Positions 24,229-36,144 of a stretch of DNA of 64,000 bases are shown one piece after another. Origin of the DNA: Marsupella aquatica (taxonomy: Eukaryota; Plantae; Marchantiophyta); the NCBI GenBank assembly GCA_973895155.1, contig OZ316896.1, forward strand, positions 7,199,078 through 7,263,077. Direction: 5' to 3'. Position numbers and translations under genes: made by a program. Position 1 is the stretch's first letter. Each line of letters begins with the position of its first letter. A model generated the notes under the pieces. It was not told the DNA's origin, did no database searches, and worked only from the letters and a program-made list of their open reading frames with translations.

Positions 24229-26983
24229 TGCATGGTATAACTCAGTCAGAAGGAGTCATTTTGCTATTTGTGTGTCGCATTAACTTGTGTGAAGAGTGCC
24301 CACATCAATGAAGGGAAGTAGCAAGGGAGTGAGAGTTGGATGTGTCGAGCTGAGAGAGGTCTTACCGGCTTAACCAAGCCAATTGGGGATCATTCCGGCG
24401 GCAGAATCCAAATATACCTAAAGAAAGCGAGGGGAAGACAAGGGAAGGCCTAGATTGGGCCGGCTACGTATCTCATGGCCTGATGAAGGATCTGTCTAAT
24501 ATATATGTGTAAAATGTTAATAGTAGTAGTAGAGGAGATTAGCAGCGTCCCATGCCGGTAAGCCACGGAAACGGCCTCGCCGAGGACAAAACCTGCGGGA
24601 ATTGGCTTGTGTCGGGGGGTTTCTTGGGTTTGGGGAGCCATGGGACGCACCACAGCTTGAAGGTTGTTTCTTGCGCTACATGCGTTGAGTAACCCGATCA
24701 AAGTAACCGTCGGTGGACGATATGGAGCATCCTGGTTTCAATGTCGATAACGTTGTGTGGCCCCAGAGGGAAGTGCCAGCGTCGGAGGAGCAGACCGATC
24801 AGACGGTCAACTTTAGGTCATCGACATCAATTGCAGACACCGAGAGTCGCCTGACCAAGACTTCCGACATAAGGAATCGTCTCTAACTGCCTGCGGACGA
24901 GGGTATGAGCTCGGGTGAACGAAACATTCCTTGGCTTCCTGATTCTCCTTCGAGGCCATTTCAGGAGAGATTCTCAATTCATTATCCAACTCCCGAACAT
25001 CCTTCATTGAATGTCTTCTGGGATGTGGAAATTCAGTCTGCCAAATTTCTTGGTCGTATCAATTTCTATGATAAAAACCTTCCTGAGTCTTCATTGCGCC
25101 CTTCGCGAAGGCTTCCAAGTGCACGGTATGTTGCAACTCGAACATTTGGCTTTTGACAAAAGCCAAAACACAAGAAGGCAAGGCTCAACGACGAATGTGA
25201 GTCTTCGTTTGATCCGAGATCATCCTAGGATCATTGTGGTCATGATCTTGGGTAGCGCCAGGCGCTGCTCATTTCATGGAGGAGAACCACATCCAGTTCG
25301 TAGTTTGGAATCGGAGGAGGTGCACTTGGTGCTTCGTTTTGGGGTTAGGTTAGGCTTGTGAATGGGTTCTTTCACCGTGGATTACTCCGTTAGAGTGAGG
25401 TTGACTACAGTTCGTAGGGCTCAACGACGGATTTGGGTCTTTCTCTGATCCGGAATTTTTGAATAGAATTGTGGTTAGACTCTTAGGCCTCCCGAAGATA
25501 CTTGTTTCGTTGATGCGATCTGTGATCCGGTGAATAATTTTGAATCGCTGGAGGTGGACTTTAGGCTCCTCATTTTGGAATTTTGTATTGTGCTTCATTA
25601 GTAGAAGCGTGTATACACAATGTTTTCGCTTTAGTAAAAATCATTTTGGCTTGAGTTTTGTTAACTGGTATCATTACATTTTTTCATTTTTGGGTAGCGC
25701 CTGGCACTATGATGTTTCATGGTTGTGTTTCATTACGGTATTCAGTTTTGGGTAGCGCCTGGCACTATGATGTTTTCACGTATGAGTCGATTGCTATGTT
25801 TGGGACCCTGGATGATTAAAAGTGAACATTGCTTTGGATTTAGAGAGTTTTTACCCATTGACTAGCCGGGTTATTCATGGAATATTCTCTTTGCACATGT
25901 TATTTTGGGATATATTGTTGATGTTTTGGTTGAAGTATTTTCCTGTTTCCTTTTTGCTATTTCCTGTTTGGATTTTCCTATTTCCTGGCACGGTGGTGAT
26001 ACCCGTGAAGGCAAGGTGCTAAGCTGGCAACACACACTAAGGACTTAGACTAGTAGAGGGCTGGTCGGGTCATGGGAAAGGGCCGGACACCCAGACATAC
26101 TTTGAGTTCTTAGGGCTTGAGTGAGAGCTTAGCTTGGGCCCAAGGCTAAATAAATGGAGTTTACTTCATGCACAATAGACACTTGGGGCACGAGATACGG
26201 CCCGACCCAAGTTAAAAATTGTTATTACGTAAAAAAAATGCATTTAAGAATTTTCAAACTGCATGGAAATTTGTTTTTTGGCTGATCAAGGGGGCCAAGC
26301 AACGACAGGTTTTGAGGGCCCAGGCGTGAGCACTGGGTCGGCCCAATCACAACGGGCTAAGTCACTCTGCCTACGGACACCTAACTAGAAAGTTATGGGC
26401 ATAGTCAATTATGGACATAGCGGGTTGGGATCCAGGTGGGGGGCCAAAATTTGGGGACCAAAGTAGATCCGAGGGTGGTAGATCTCTAGAAGCATATATG
26501 AGAGGACTGGTGTCTCCCTAGGGACTAGGGGCAAGCCGAAGTTGTGAGCCGCAACAGTCGCGTCAATAACTAAGGGGAAACATCAAATAAAAATGACGAT
26601 AACTTCCCAACGGGAAGTTTGTTGGAAGACTTCTTGGGTGCGTTGGAAAGCTCTCAAGGAGGACTACATCCTCTTGAGCTCAATTGGGTCTAGGGGTGCC
26701 ATAGATTCTTGGGGTTTGCAGGGGCTATCTCGCCCTCTAGCCAAATCTTGCCGAAATAGCAGCCAAGCCGCGTTTGTTTCCCAAGAGAGCTTGCATTGGG
26801 GAGACAAGGCCAAGTAGGCATGGAGGTTAAGTTCTAAGTGTACTTGGCCCTAGGCTATCAACTGAGTCAACATCATGAGTTGGTTGTTAGAGCCGAGATC
26901 CTTTTGGTCCCGACATGCTAGGACAAGCTTGGGACAAGCTTTAGGACAAGCTACGCTATTTGGGGCATGGCAATTGGTTGGTG

Positions 26984-28908
26984 TGTCAAACACTTGTCAA
27001 GGAGCTTAAGCGGCTTTTCTCCCCAAAAGACTACCTAATATCTGCTCCATATCATACCAGGGTCACAAAGGATTGACAAAACTTCTGAAATGTGCCTACA
27101 ATGACTAATCACTCCATACATAAGTAGTTTCAACTCTCCACTTCTAGAGAGGTAGTCCCCTTGACTACTTTTGTACTCACACCCTTCCCCTCTCCTCTAC
27201 TCCAAGGATCAGCAAGGGGGATCTCCGCTCCAAGCTGTCACCTTAGAGTAGATTCTCACACAAACACCCAAGAACCAAAGTACTTTCCTCTTCAAGCTTA
27301 AGTCTCCTCAAGACCCTCAAAGTAGTGTTACCCCTCAACCTTGCCCCCTGGCCTTGGTTTGGGTCCACACATCCCCTTTGAGATCTAGAGAAGGCTCCTC
27401 TATCTAAGGACTCTTCCTCTTGTTCTTACTTCTTGTTAACACCACACACCAAGCAAAGTACTTTCCACCCTCAAGCTATAATCCTTTCTAAGTCTCAAAG
27501 TAGTGCTCTACCTTAACCTTGCCTCCTTGGCCTTGGTTTTGTACTAGCACATCCCCTTTGAGCTTAGACCAAGATTACACCATAGCATGGACTCTTCTCT
27601 TGCTCTCATACACTTCAAATGCACTCACACTTAATGGTCACATGAAGATTGACAAGTCTCCTTTTATTGTATCACCTTTACAATAAAAGTTCACTACACA
27701 TTCTCCACACTAAGCATGGACCACCTCTCCTTTCTCAAGCTTAGCCCTACCTTGGCAAGGTAGAGATTCCACTTAAGAGATGAGACTCCCGGTCCCTAAC
27801 AAATGAAAACTTCCTCCTTATATACTATTCTCCTTCCACACCACACCAAGGTAGCCCACCAAGGACCAAGGACCAAGGACCAAAGTAGAGGACCAAAGTA
27901 GCCCACCAAGGACCAAGGACCAAAGTAGCCCACCAAGGACCAAGGACTAAAGTAGAGGACCAAGGACCAAAGTCCAATCACCAAAGTCCTACTAACTACC
28001 AAAGTCACACTACAACAAAAGTCCAACTAACTACCACTCCCACTCAAGCTCCTTCACCTTGTGATTGCCTGGTCTATTCAACCATCTCCTAGCCGCCCTT
28101 GTGCTTGACTTATTCCTGCCTTGTGGTAGCCTCGTCGAAGCGTTTTTACACTTAGTCGGATTTCGTTATTGGGGAAAAACTATAATTCCCCGGCCCATAT
28201 TGTACCCACCGCCAAAAATCACCCATAAGGCCAAAAGGACTTTTGAGTAGATCCATAGATTTTCTTGACATAGGGCTATGTCCTGGTTTACTAAGATCTA
28301 AACAAAACCCTATAACCAATTTTCTAAAATTAGGTAAAGAGGGTTAATTCTTATGTTTTCCAAAATTCTTCTCAACTTTGAGATGCTCCCAAAAAGTAAC
28401 CAAAGGTAACCAAGTTCTCCCACAAGTTTCCAGGGATAGAGTGGACCATATTTAACCTATTTTGAAACTTGGAACCCCTACATTTTTCCATCAGCTATTT
28501 TTCCCGAGACCCGCTATTTGGTAACTTTAAGTTTTGCCAAAATACTTACAACTCCTAGGTTAAGACCCCACTTGACTTTGTGACTTTTATGTGTGGTCTA
28601 GGGACTACCTAGCACCTATAGGGTGAGTCTTAGCAAAACTTATCACTCAAAAGTATCGGTCATGCCTTCAGCCCGACTTGCCGACTACCGTAACTTTTTT
28701 CCGCCCTTACCAAATAACTTACTCAACTCTTGATACTTCTTAGAGAAACATGTCCTCTCCCTCAATTTATTTCCCTACTCTACTTCCCTAGTTATTAAGT
28801 TATCTTAAACCTAACAACTCCGCTAATCACTAAACTATGTAATTACTACTCCTTGAAAGCAAAAAACTGACGCATTTCTTACTCAAGCCTCCCTTGAGCC
28901 ATTCCACA
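26984..28908 (-). mobile_element. Family D solo LTR, short variant (1925 bp)
   Basis: TGTCAAACAC...ATTCCACA, perfect TSD tggtg, homologous to 54592-57774. Confidence 0.92.
27845..27975. repeat. Short tandem repeat of ccaagga and ccaaagtag units inside the D solo LTR
   Basis: Visible 7-bp and ~28-bp periodicity. Confidence 0.8.
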
Positions 28909-29564
28909 TGGTGATGGATAGGTACAAGGGGGAACCCGGGCTGCACCCAAAGAGGGGCTATTCTGGATGAACTGTGGGTGTCGGCTCTGGTTCTGACTTA
29001 TGGCAACTGGAAGACCTATCGCTGACCTACTTACTAATGTCTGTTGAACTTGAGTTAGGATGCTAGACTTTGGGAGATCTAGTTCCTATTGTGTTACTTA
29101 ACGGAGTACGTGGTTGCTTGTGCAGACAGTGCAGACCATTGAGCGACAATTGTGTTAGGAAGAAAGTGTGGCTTTGTATGGGAGTGGCCGTTGAGGGTGC
29201 AAGGAGCATCAAGTTGCTTGCTCATGGAGTTCCGTGGAGCATTTGGGCACCAAGGGCACTTAGGCATGGGTGTTGGGATTGGTGAGGGCGCTGGGTAGCA
29301 AGGTCCACCACTCACTAGAAAAAATTGTCATGTTTTAAATTATTTTGGAAACTGTGACTTTTAATGACACGTTTTCAGATTGTCTGTTTTGCTAGTAACA
29401 TCAACCCTGGTCTAAGCCTTTGTGTTTTTCCCCGCCCATACAAAGGCAGTAATATTCTTTTGCAAGCTATCTAGTGTCCCAAGCTGCCCAACCCAAACGG
29501 TAACTAAGAGAGAACTACAAAGTGCTCAAAACCAGGTGATTGGCCACTATGACCCGGACGATCA

Positions 29565-29765
29565 CGTGGTGCATCCCATGGCTCTCGAAACCCAAGAACC
29601 TCCCCTGAACAAGCCGATTCCCACTGGTTTTGCTCTTTCCAAGGCCGGTTCCATGGCTTATCGACATGGGACGCTGCTAATTTGCTTTACTAACTTTTTA
29701 CCCACATATACTGGATAGATCCTTCATTGGGTCATGAGATATGTAGCCGGCCTGCTCAATCCCTT
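29565..29765 (-). repeat. Degenerate 3'-end fragment of a family B-like LTR
   Basis: gtggtgcatcccatggctc..aaacccaagaa..aagccgattccc matches 41894-42090. Confidence 0.75.
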
Positions 29766-32145
29766 GACTCTATCTTCGATGTGTTCTTCAAATCAGAGCT
29801 TTAAATCCAACAACGTCCACCATTTTTCTTCTCATTTATTCAAGCTTCTCTTTCAGTCTCTCCTCTATTTTGCGCTACTCCTTTCTTTGAGTCCTCTGCA
29901 CATTCCATCACTCTCCAATAATTTTCTTTCTCGGTCCACTCTTCCTCACATCCACATTTAACACTGCGCAATACATTGCTCCTCTTTTCCCTCTTTCCAA
30001 CCAAGAACCTTTTAAACACCTTTGCCTTTCACACTTTTGCACTCCTGATTGATTCACTTCAACAAAAAATTTCCACACTTCATCAACCTTGACACAGCAA
30101 AAACACCTCAATGCCACTAGGATCCATCCTCGGACCTTTGCCCCATGCTTCCTTTGCCCTGCACAATTCAATTCTCCACATCAAAACGTTCTATCATCTT
30201 CCTTAAAACAACACCCAAAAACTCAGTCTCCCCTCTTCTCTGTAACCTCTGATCTTTTTCCTCACCTTAACCACATCGACCATTTCCTAGGAATTCTCAA
30301 TCCCTCTTTTCAATTCCCCATAGCCCTTCTATATCTCAACACCCAAATTCCTTCATAATTTTCTCAGTTTCTCAACGCCCTACCAATTCTAACTTTCAAA
30401 GCTCTCATTGACATCGAGCTCGCATCCATAGATTTCTTCTCCTCTTAACTCTATCAATGCACCCCATCCACCTGAAACCACCATAGCCTTTTTCTTTTTC
30501 TTTCGCCTGCCTCATCCAAAAAATAAAATTCCCCCAACATTCACCACCAAGACCACATGCCACGTTTGACCATTTGTCTCCCTCAATCTTTATAACGCCC
30601 CGGCCTTCTCTCTTCCATTCCTATTTCTCCAAAATATTTGCTCCACACTCCCATGTGACACTTCACTTTTGCACTTAACTTTTTCCCGGTCATGAGTCTC
30701 CTTCGCCCTACACAGTGGTTATTCTTGCCTCTTCCATAGCACACCAGGAAAAAATCTCTTCACTCACACTTCCACAATGTTTGTCCACTCTACAGAAGCA
30801 CACCAACTTACTCATTTTTAGTTGATTCTTGTTGAAGCACACTCACCTCTGTTCACCGATCTCCCTCACATCACACAAAAAACATTCTCCACCAATTAAC
30901 ATCAGTGGTGGACCTTGCCACCCAGCGCCCTCACCAATCCCAGCACCCACGCCTAAGTGCCCCTGGTGCCCGAACGCCTTCATGAAATACCTCAAGCAAG
31001 CAACCTAGTGCCCCTTGCACCACCAGCGGCCCCTCCCATACAAAGCCACATTTGCTCTCTAATGCGACCGCTACTCAACGATCCTCACTATCTGCACAAG
31101 CAACCAAGCATCTCGGTAAGTAACCCTTCAGGATCTAGATCTCCCGAGTCTAGCATCCTAACTCAAGCTCAACAAACATTGGTAAGTAGGTTAGCAATAG
31201 GTCCTCCCGATGCCATAAGCCGGAACCAAAACCGACGCCCACTATTTGTCTAGAATAGCTCCTTCCTTGGGCGTAGCCCGGGTTCCCCCTCGTACCTATC
31301 CATCACCAACTGACCGCCCTGCCCCCAGGACATGCTCATGGCCCAAATAGCATAGCTTGTCCTAAAGCTTGTCCGGGAGCTTGTCCCAACACGCCGGGAC
31401 CAGAACGGCCCCGACTTTAGCAACTAACTCCCGGTTCTCACCCCACTGATGGCCTAGGGACCAAGTGCCCCCTCTCTAGGGACCAAGCCTGAGACATCTA
31501 CAAAGACATGGAAATCCTTGTTCCAGTCTAGTGCTATCATGACTGGGGCCTCTACTAACATTTGCTTTAATTCCACCACAGCTGTTACTCGTTCTCGTGT
31601 GGGTTCAAAGTCTGCACCTGCCTTGAGCATGTTGGTTAATGGTAAAGCTAGCTTGGCAAAATCCTTGATGAACCGGCAATAATAGCCAATGCACCCCAAG
31701 AAGGATCTCACATCCTTTAAGTTCTTAGGTTGCATAATATCTAGCCATACTGCTAGCTTACCCTTGTCAATCTCAATGCCCTTCTTAGATACCTTGTGAC
31801 CTAGCAGCACACCTTCTGTTACTCCAAAGAAACATTTATCTGGGTGTAACTTGAGACCTACCTCTCTCATCTCATGAAGGTCTTCCTTAGGTATTTAGCA
31901 CGTTTCGATGCCTTCCCAAATACTGCAAAGTCATCAATGAAGATTTCCATGAACTTTCTCAAGTAGTCATGGAAAATGTTCACCATTAGTCGTTGGAACA
32001 TAGCTGGTGCATTACAGAGTCCAAACGGCATACGATTGAAGACATAGATCCCCCATTCCGTGATGAAGGCCGTCTTGATTTGGTCCTCCTATGTGGAATG
32101 GCTCGATATAGGTTTATGTAAGAAACTTGTCATTTTTTTGCTTTT

Positions 32146-35100
32146 TGTCACGTCGTCAGCCTTGGCCTTACTCCGGGCTTCGGCTTAAATAGGCACATCC
32201 TTTGTCAAAATGAGGTTTCGGGCAGGGAGGGAGGCACGGAATGCACCCAACTTACATAAAATAGCGCTAAGTGCGCCTATCGTCATATACGGACACCTCC
32301 TAGGTATGATTTGTGTTCCGCCACTGGAACGTACCTCAATCGATAGCAGGATTGACCCTGGCTTAAGGGCTTCTAAGCCTTCGTATTGTCCGCCTTTGAT
32401 CCGGATTTTGGTGGTATGGGTGCTCAACCCGGGCTCGCAACCACGTACACGCAAGCTGCACCCGTGCGCTACTTGGGTAGTGCGTTCGGCCAAGCGTTGG
32501 CACCTATACACGAGATTCACACACATACATACGCACAAGCATAAAATCTCAAGTTATACAAAGGAAATAACGGGAAGGGATTTTACTCCATAAGAGACAT
32601 ATGCGTACACTTAGTTGACCCGAATGCTCTGGAGTGAACAGGTCCGAGGCCGATGGTGTACACTACAATGGAGCCCGGCTCTGCACTCGCCCAACGAGCT
32701 TAGTCTTACACCCTCCCCTTGGTACTCTTCCACTCCCAGAGGTCGGGACTCCCCGCACATACCGCGAATGTCCGATACTGAGACTAAAAAAACCCCCTGC
32801 CTCTACCGAGGGGTGCACTAAATACTAAGGGCCGAGGAACGGAGTGTCCTCCCACCCGAATATTTGCTAACGTAGGTCCTAACTAATTTGACTGTCAGGC
32901 CAAAAAACGGCTATGTCTTATTAGAAGATCCTAACCTACACAGGCTGGACAGCATGGCGGTGCTGCTCTAACTAGGGCAGGTTCCTGTCCCCATAGCCCG
33001 ATTTAGCTATTCCTAACCCTTTTCTATTCCTACTCCGCCGCTAATGCCTGGCACGCTTGTAAGAGCCGCCTGAGTGGGAGCGGCCATCCCGCTGCTTATG
33101 AAGTCTATCGTTGTCCGCCTTGAGGAGCTGGACCTGGTCCAGCAGAGATTCGTTCTCTCGCTTTGCCGCATCCGTCTCCTCCGCTGCCTCTTGGCATGCC
33201 TCCTCCAGCTGCTGGGCATCGCTCGTCAGCTTGCCCGCCAGCTGGTCCTGCTTCTCGGCTTCGGTTTGGAGCCGCGCCACTTCGGCCTGTAGTGTGGCTA
33301 TCTCCGCAGTGTCTTGATGGGCCCGTTCTTCGGCCTCCTCCAGGTCTTTCTGCCAGATGACAATTTGATTCTTCAAACTGTCAATCTGGTTCCGGAGTCG
33401 TGCAATCTTGGCCTCGTTCCTAGCTTTGGCCTGTTCGGCTAGGGCGGTAAGGGCGTGCGCCTTTGCTAACAACTCATCGGCGGCTGCAACTTTGGGTCGT
33501 AGTTGCAGAAGCTCAGCCTCTTGAGCCGCAACTTTGTTCTTTAAGTATACGGACTCCACCCGGTACCGCTCTATCCTCTGAAGGGCCTCTGACTGGGCCC
33601 GACCTGCCTTTACTGCGGCAACCAACTCCTGATTGAAGAAACAGGCTACCTTCCGGGCCATGAACTCCTCGGTATCCCGGGCAATTTGATGAGAGAAATC
33701 TCCCAGAAGCCCGTTCAGAAATGTACCCGGTACGAAGAGTTCCGGGTGGTCCAGGTTGTGCCTGTCCGGAGTTGGGCACGGGCAGACGTCAACACGCGCG
33801 GGGGCCGGGGCAGTGACATCCAGCCCTGGGGATGTAGTGTTGGAAGGGGTTGGAGTGTCCTCTTGCAGCAATGTCCAGTTCTCCAGAATAGCCACCGGTG
33901 GGTCTTTGGGAGATCCGGGCTCGAGTAAGGCCTCCGCTATACCTACTTCTGTACTTGGCCCGACCTGTTGGATTGCATCTACGGTTGCGATAACCGACCC
34001 ATCCGGTACCTCCTCGGTCACAACTACAGCTACTTGTGGAGGTGGGGTGGGTGAAGTCTGCGTGTCCGCTGGACTTCGGGCCTCGGGTTGGGGCCATCTC
34101 TCCAAGGCCGGGAAAACCCACCTAGCTGGGACCAGCTTCATAACGTTGACACGGGGAAGGGTTCATCGATCAAACCGAGCGTACCACTTGAGAATGATCT
34201 CGATGTGGCTAGCGAAATACGCCTTCCCGCCAATGTATAGCGTCTTTCTTTGCCGCTCCATCTCTTCATGGAATTTTTTAGCAAAGTACGACGCCCACTT
34301 CCTAGGTCGATAGTTCTCGACCTGGATAACCTGGGCAGTGGAGATCTCCCCTCGGGGTTCCATCATGTGGAGGGCGTACCTTTGGAACTCCAATCGCTCA
34401 GCTATCTCGGGGATGAGGCAGGTCCTCATCACGAACCTGTTGTCCACTACTCCCTCTGAGGGAAAACTCGAGGATTGGTACTTGGCTCCCTTGCCCCCGG
34501 GAGCCCGTGATTCAACTCGATGGTCACCTTCGGGTAACCCGAAAATCATCTTGAGCCGTTCTTCTGTGAGGGACATATTCCTTCCCCGCAGCCGAGTATG
34601 TTGATGTGCGTCATCATAATTCTTGACGAATTCCGTCATGTCCTCCCCGTAGTACCTGCAAGTGTTCCAGGGGAGAGAGGCGAGGTGCTCGAATCCCTGA
34701 GTCTTCAGGTACACCGCATATTTGGGATGGAGGATGTTTTTATGCACGTTTTCCCCCATGCGGTGCATTGTCACTTTGGCCGCGGCTACCGTGGCCAATG
34801 GTAACCCGGATGCAGCGGCGGGTTCCTTCCTCTTCTTCCCCCGTGACTGGCTCGGGGAGGGTGACACCTCCCCATCCTCTCGATCGGGCATAGGTAGTGC
34901 TACCGCCGTTAGTATTGGGCCCGGGGCGGCCACAGTCACCGTGTTGTCTGCTGGAGCCGCTCCTTGGGTCCGAGCATGGGGAGGGGACAATGTAGTGTCG
35001 GCCCCCTGAGTGTTTGCTCCTCTGGGCCGCCTGAGCAAGGGTGGGGTAGCCTCGTCGTCGTCGCTAAGGTCCACAACGTTGATGACGGAGCGTACTTGTA

Positions 35101-36144
35101 CTGGCGGGGCGATTGGCGGTGGGGGTTGGCTAGGCTGAGGCTGAGACTGAAGCTGAGCCTGAGTCTGCATTGGTGCGGGTACGGGTATGGGGTTGACTGG
35201 GCCGGCGCCGGCGGTTGAGGGTCTAGTTCCCATGAAGCTCTGCAGGTGCTGGTAGAAGTTCTCTCAAGCAAGTGCAGACGGCCTTGTTGAACGGGTAGTG
35301 CTGGACTCGCTATTGATGATAGCCCGAACCTGAGCAGGGATGTGGTCGAAGTGATGTCGTTGCAAGTCGATCGTACCCGGGATATTGAAGACCTGGTCCG
35401 AAAACCGAAGCAATGCTTCCCAGAAACCGATATATTTGTCTCCATTGAAGAAGTACCCAGATACCTCTGGTGGTCGGTAAAGCTCGCTCTGAGACGGGTA
35501 GTCAAAGTTAAGGATATAGTGGTGTCATCCTGCTAGGCGGATGGCTCTCTCGTACTCGTGTTTGATTTCGTATCAGCGCGGGTTGGCGTGTTTCAATGAG
35601 TCGGCCAAGTGTCTTCCGGTAGATAGGAACTGCGTCTAGAATCGAATGGCCGAACTGGAGAGGATCATGTGCGACATTCAGAGGAGATAGCAGTGGTGAC
35701 TAAGAGCGAACGAGAGAGCTGGGGTCGAAGCTGGCGCGTGGACTGATGGACTGGTGCACTACAAAGGGTCGGCTCCCTTTTTATACTTTGGGGGCTTGTC
35801 GATCACCCGACATCTCCTCGTTGCCTATAGGTTGAACCGTTCATGCTTGTAGTGTACCGGCCACTCCGCCAGTCTGAGTCAGCGCGTGTCAGTGGCCGCT
35901 TCCCTAAGTTCGTTATACGGACCCGAGGGAGGGGCCCCTCCACGTTCGCAACCCGGGCATGCGAATGGCGACACGCCGCCAGTCCGAACATGAATTCCCC
36001 TTATTGACTAATGATTTTCTACTCATAATGGTTAACTAAATACTGTTGTTATGCTAATAACGGCGGCCTAAGATACCCCTAACGCGCATGCTAAGCGCGG
36101 TCTAGACTGAATTACTCATTACTCGCCATACCGGCGGCATCACA
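32146..36144 (-). mobile_element. Family C gene-containing solo LTR, copy C2
   Basis: TGTCACGTCG...CGGCATCACA, TSD ctttt/cgttt (one mismatch), colinear with C1 end to end. Confidence 0.85.
33041..35677 (-). pseudogene. Family C LTR-encoded protein, copy C2 (878 codons, one frame, a few nonsense mutations)
   Basis: 34163-35233 and 33041-34141 are in frame across a CGA>TGA stop; the upstream part matches 11311-11748. Confidence 0.85.

Larger units (their letters stand above)
18918..24654 (+). repeat. B2 complete 3' LTR (~4.7 kb after removing the LINE at 23204-24228), containing a large ORF
   Basis: TGTGATGCC...GGGACGCACCACA; both ends match the TSD-flanked solo LTR at 41894-46552. Confidence 0.92.
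26838..31470. repeat. Old long inverted-repeat element; arms 26838-26983 plus 28914-29312 and ~30904-31470
   Basis: The two arms are diverged reverse complements, e.g. gtgatggataggtacaagggggaacccgggct versus agcccgggttccccctcgtacctatccatcac. Confidence 0.75.

Noticed and set aside
27845-27975. Possible CRISPR-like array
   Set aside because: Simple tandem units with no unique spacers, inside an LTR, and no cas genes.
29313-29330. CACTAGAAAAA as a CACTA transposon end
   Set aside because: No matching opposite end with a 3-bp TSD found.
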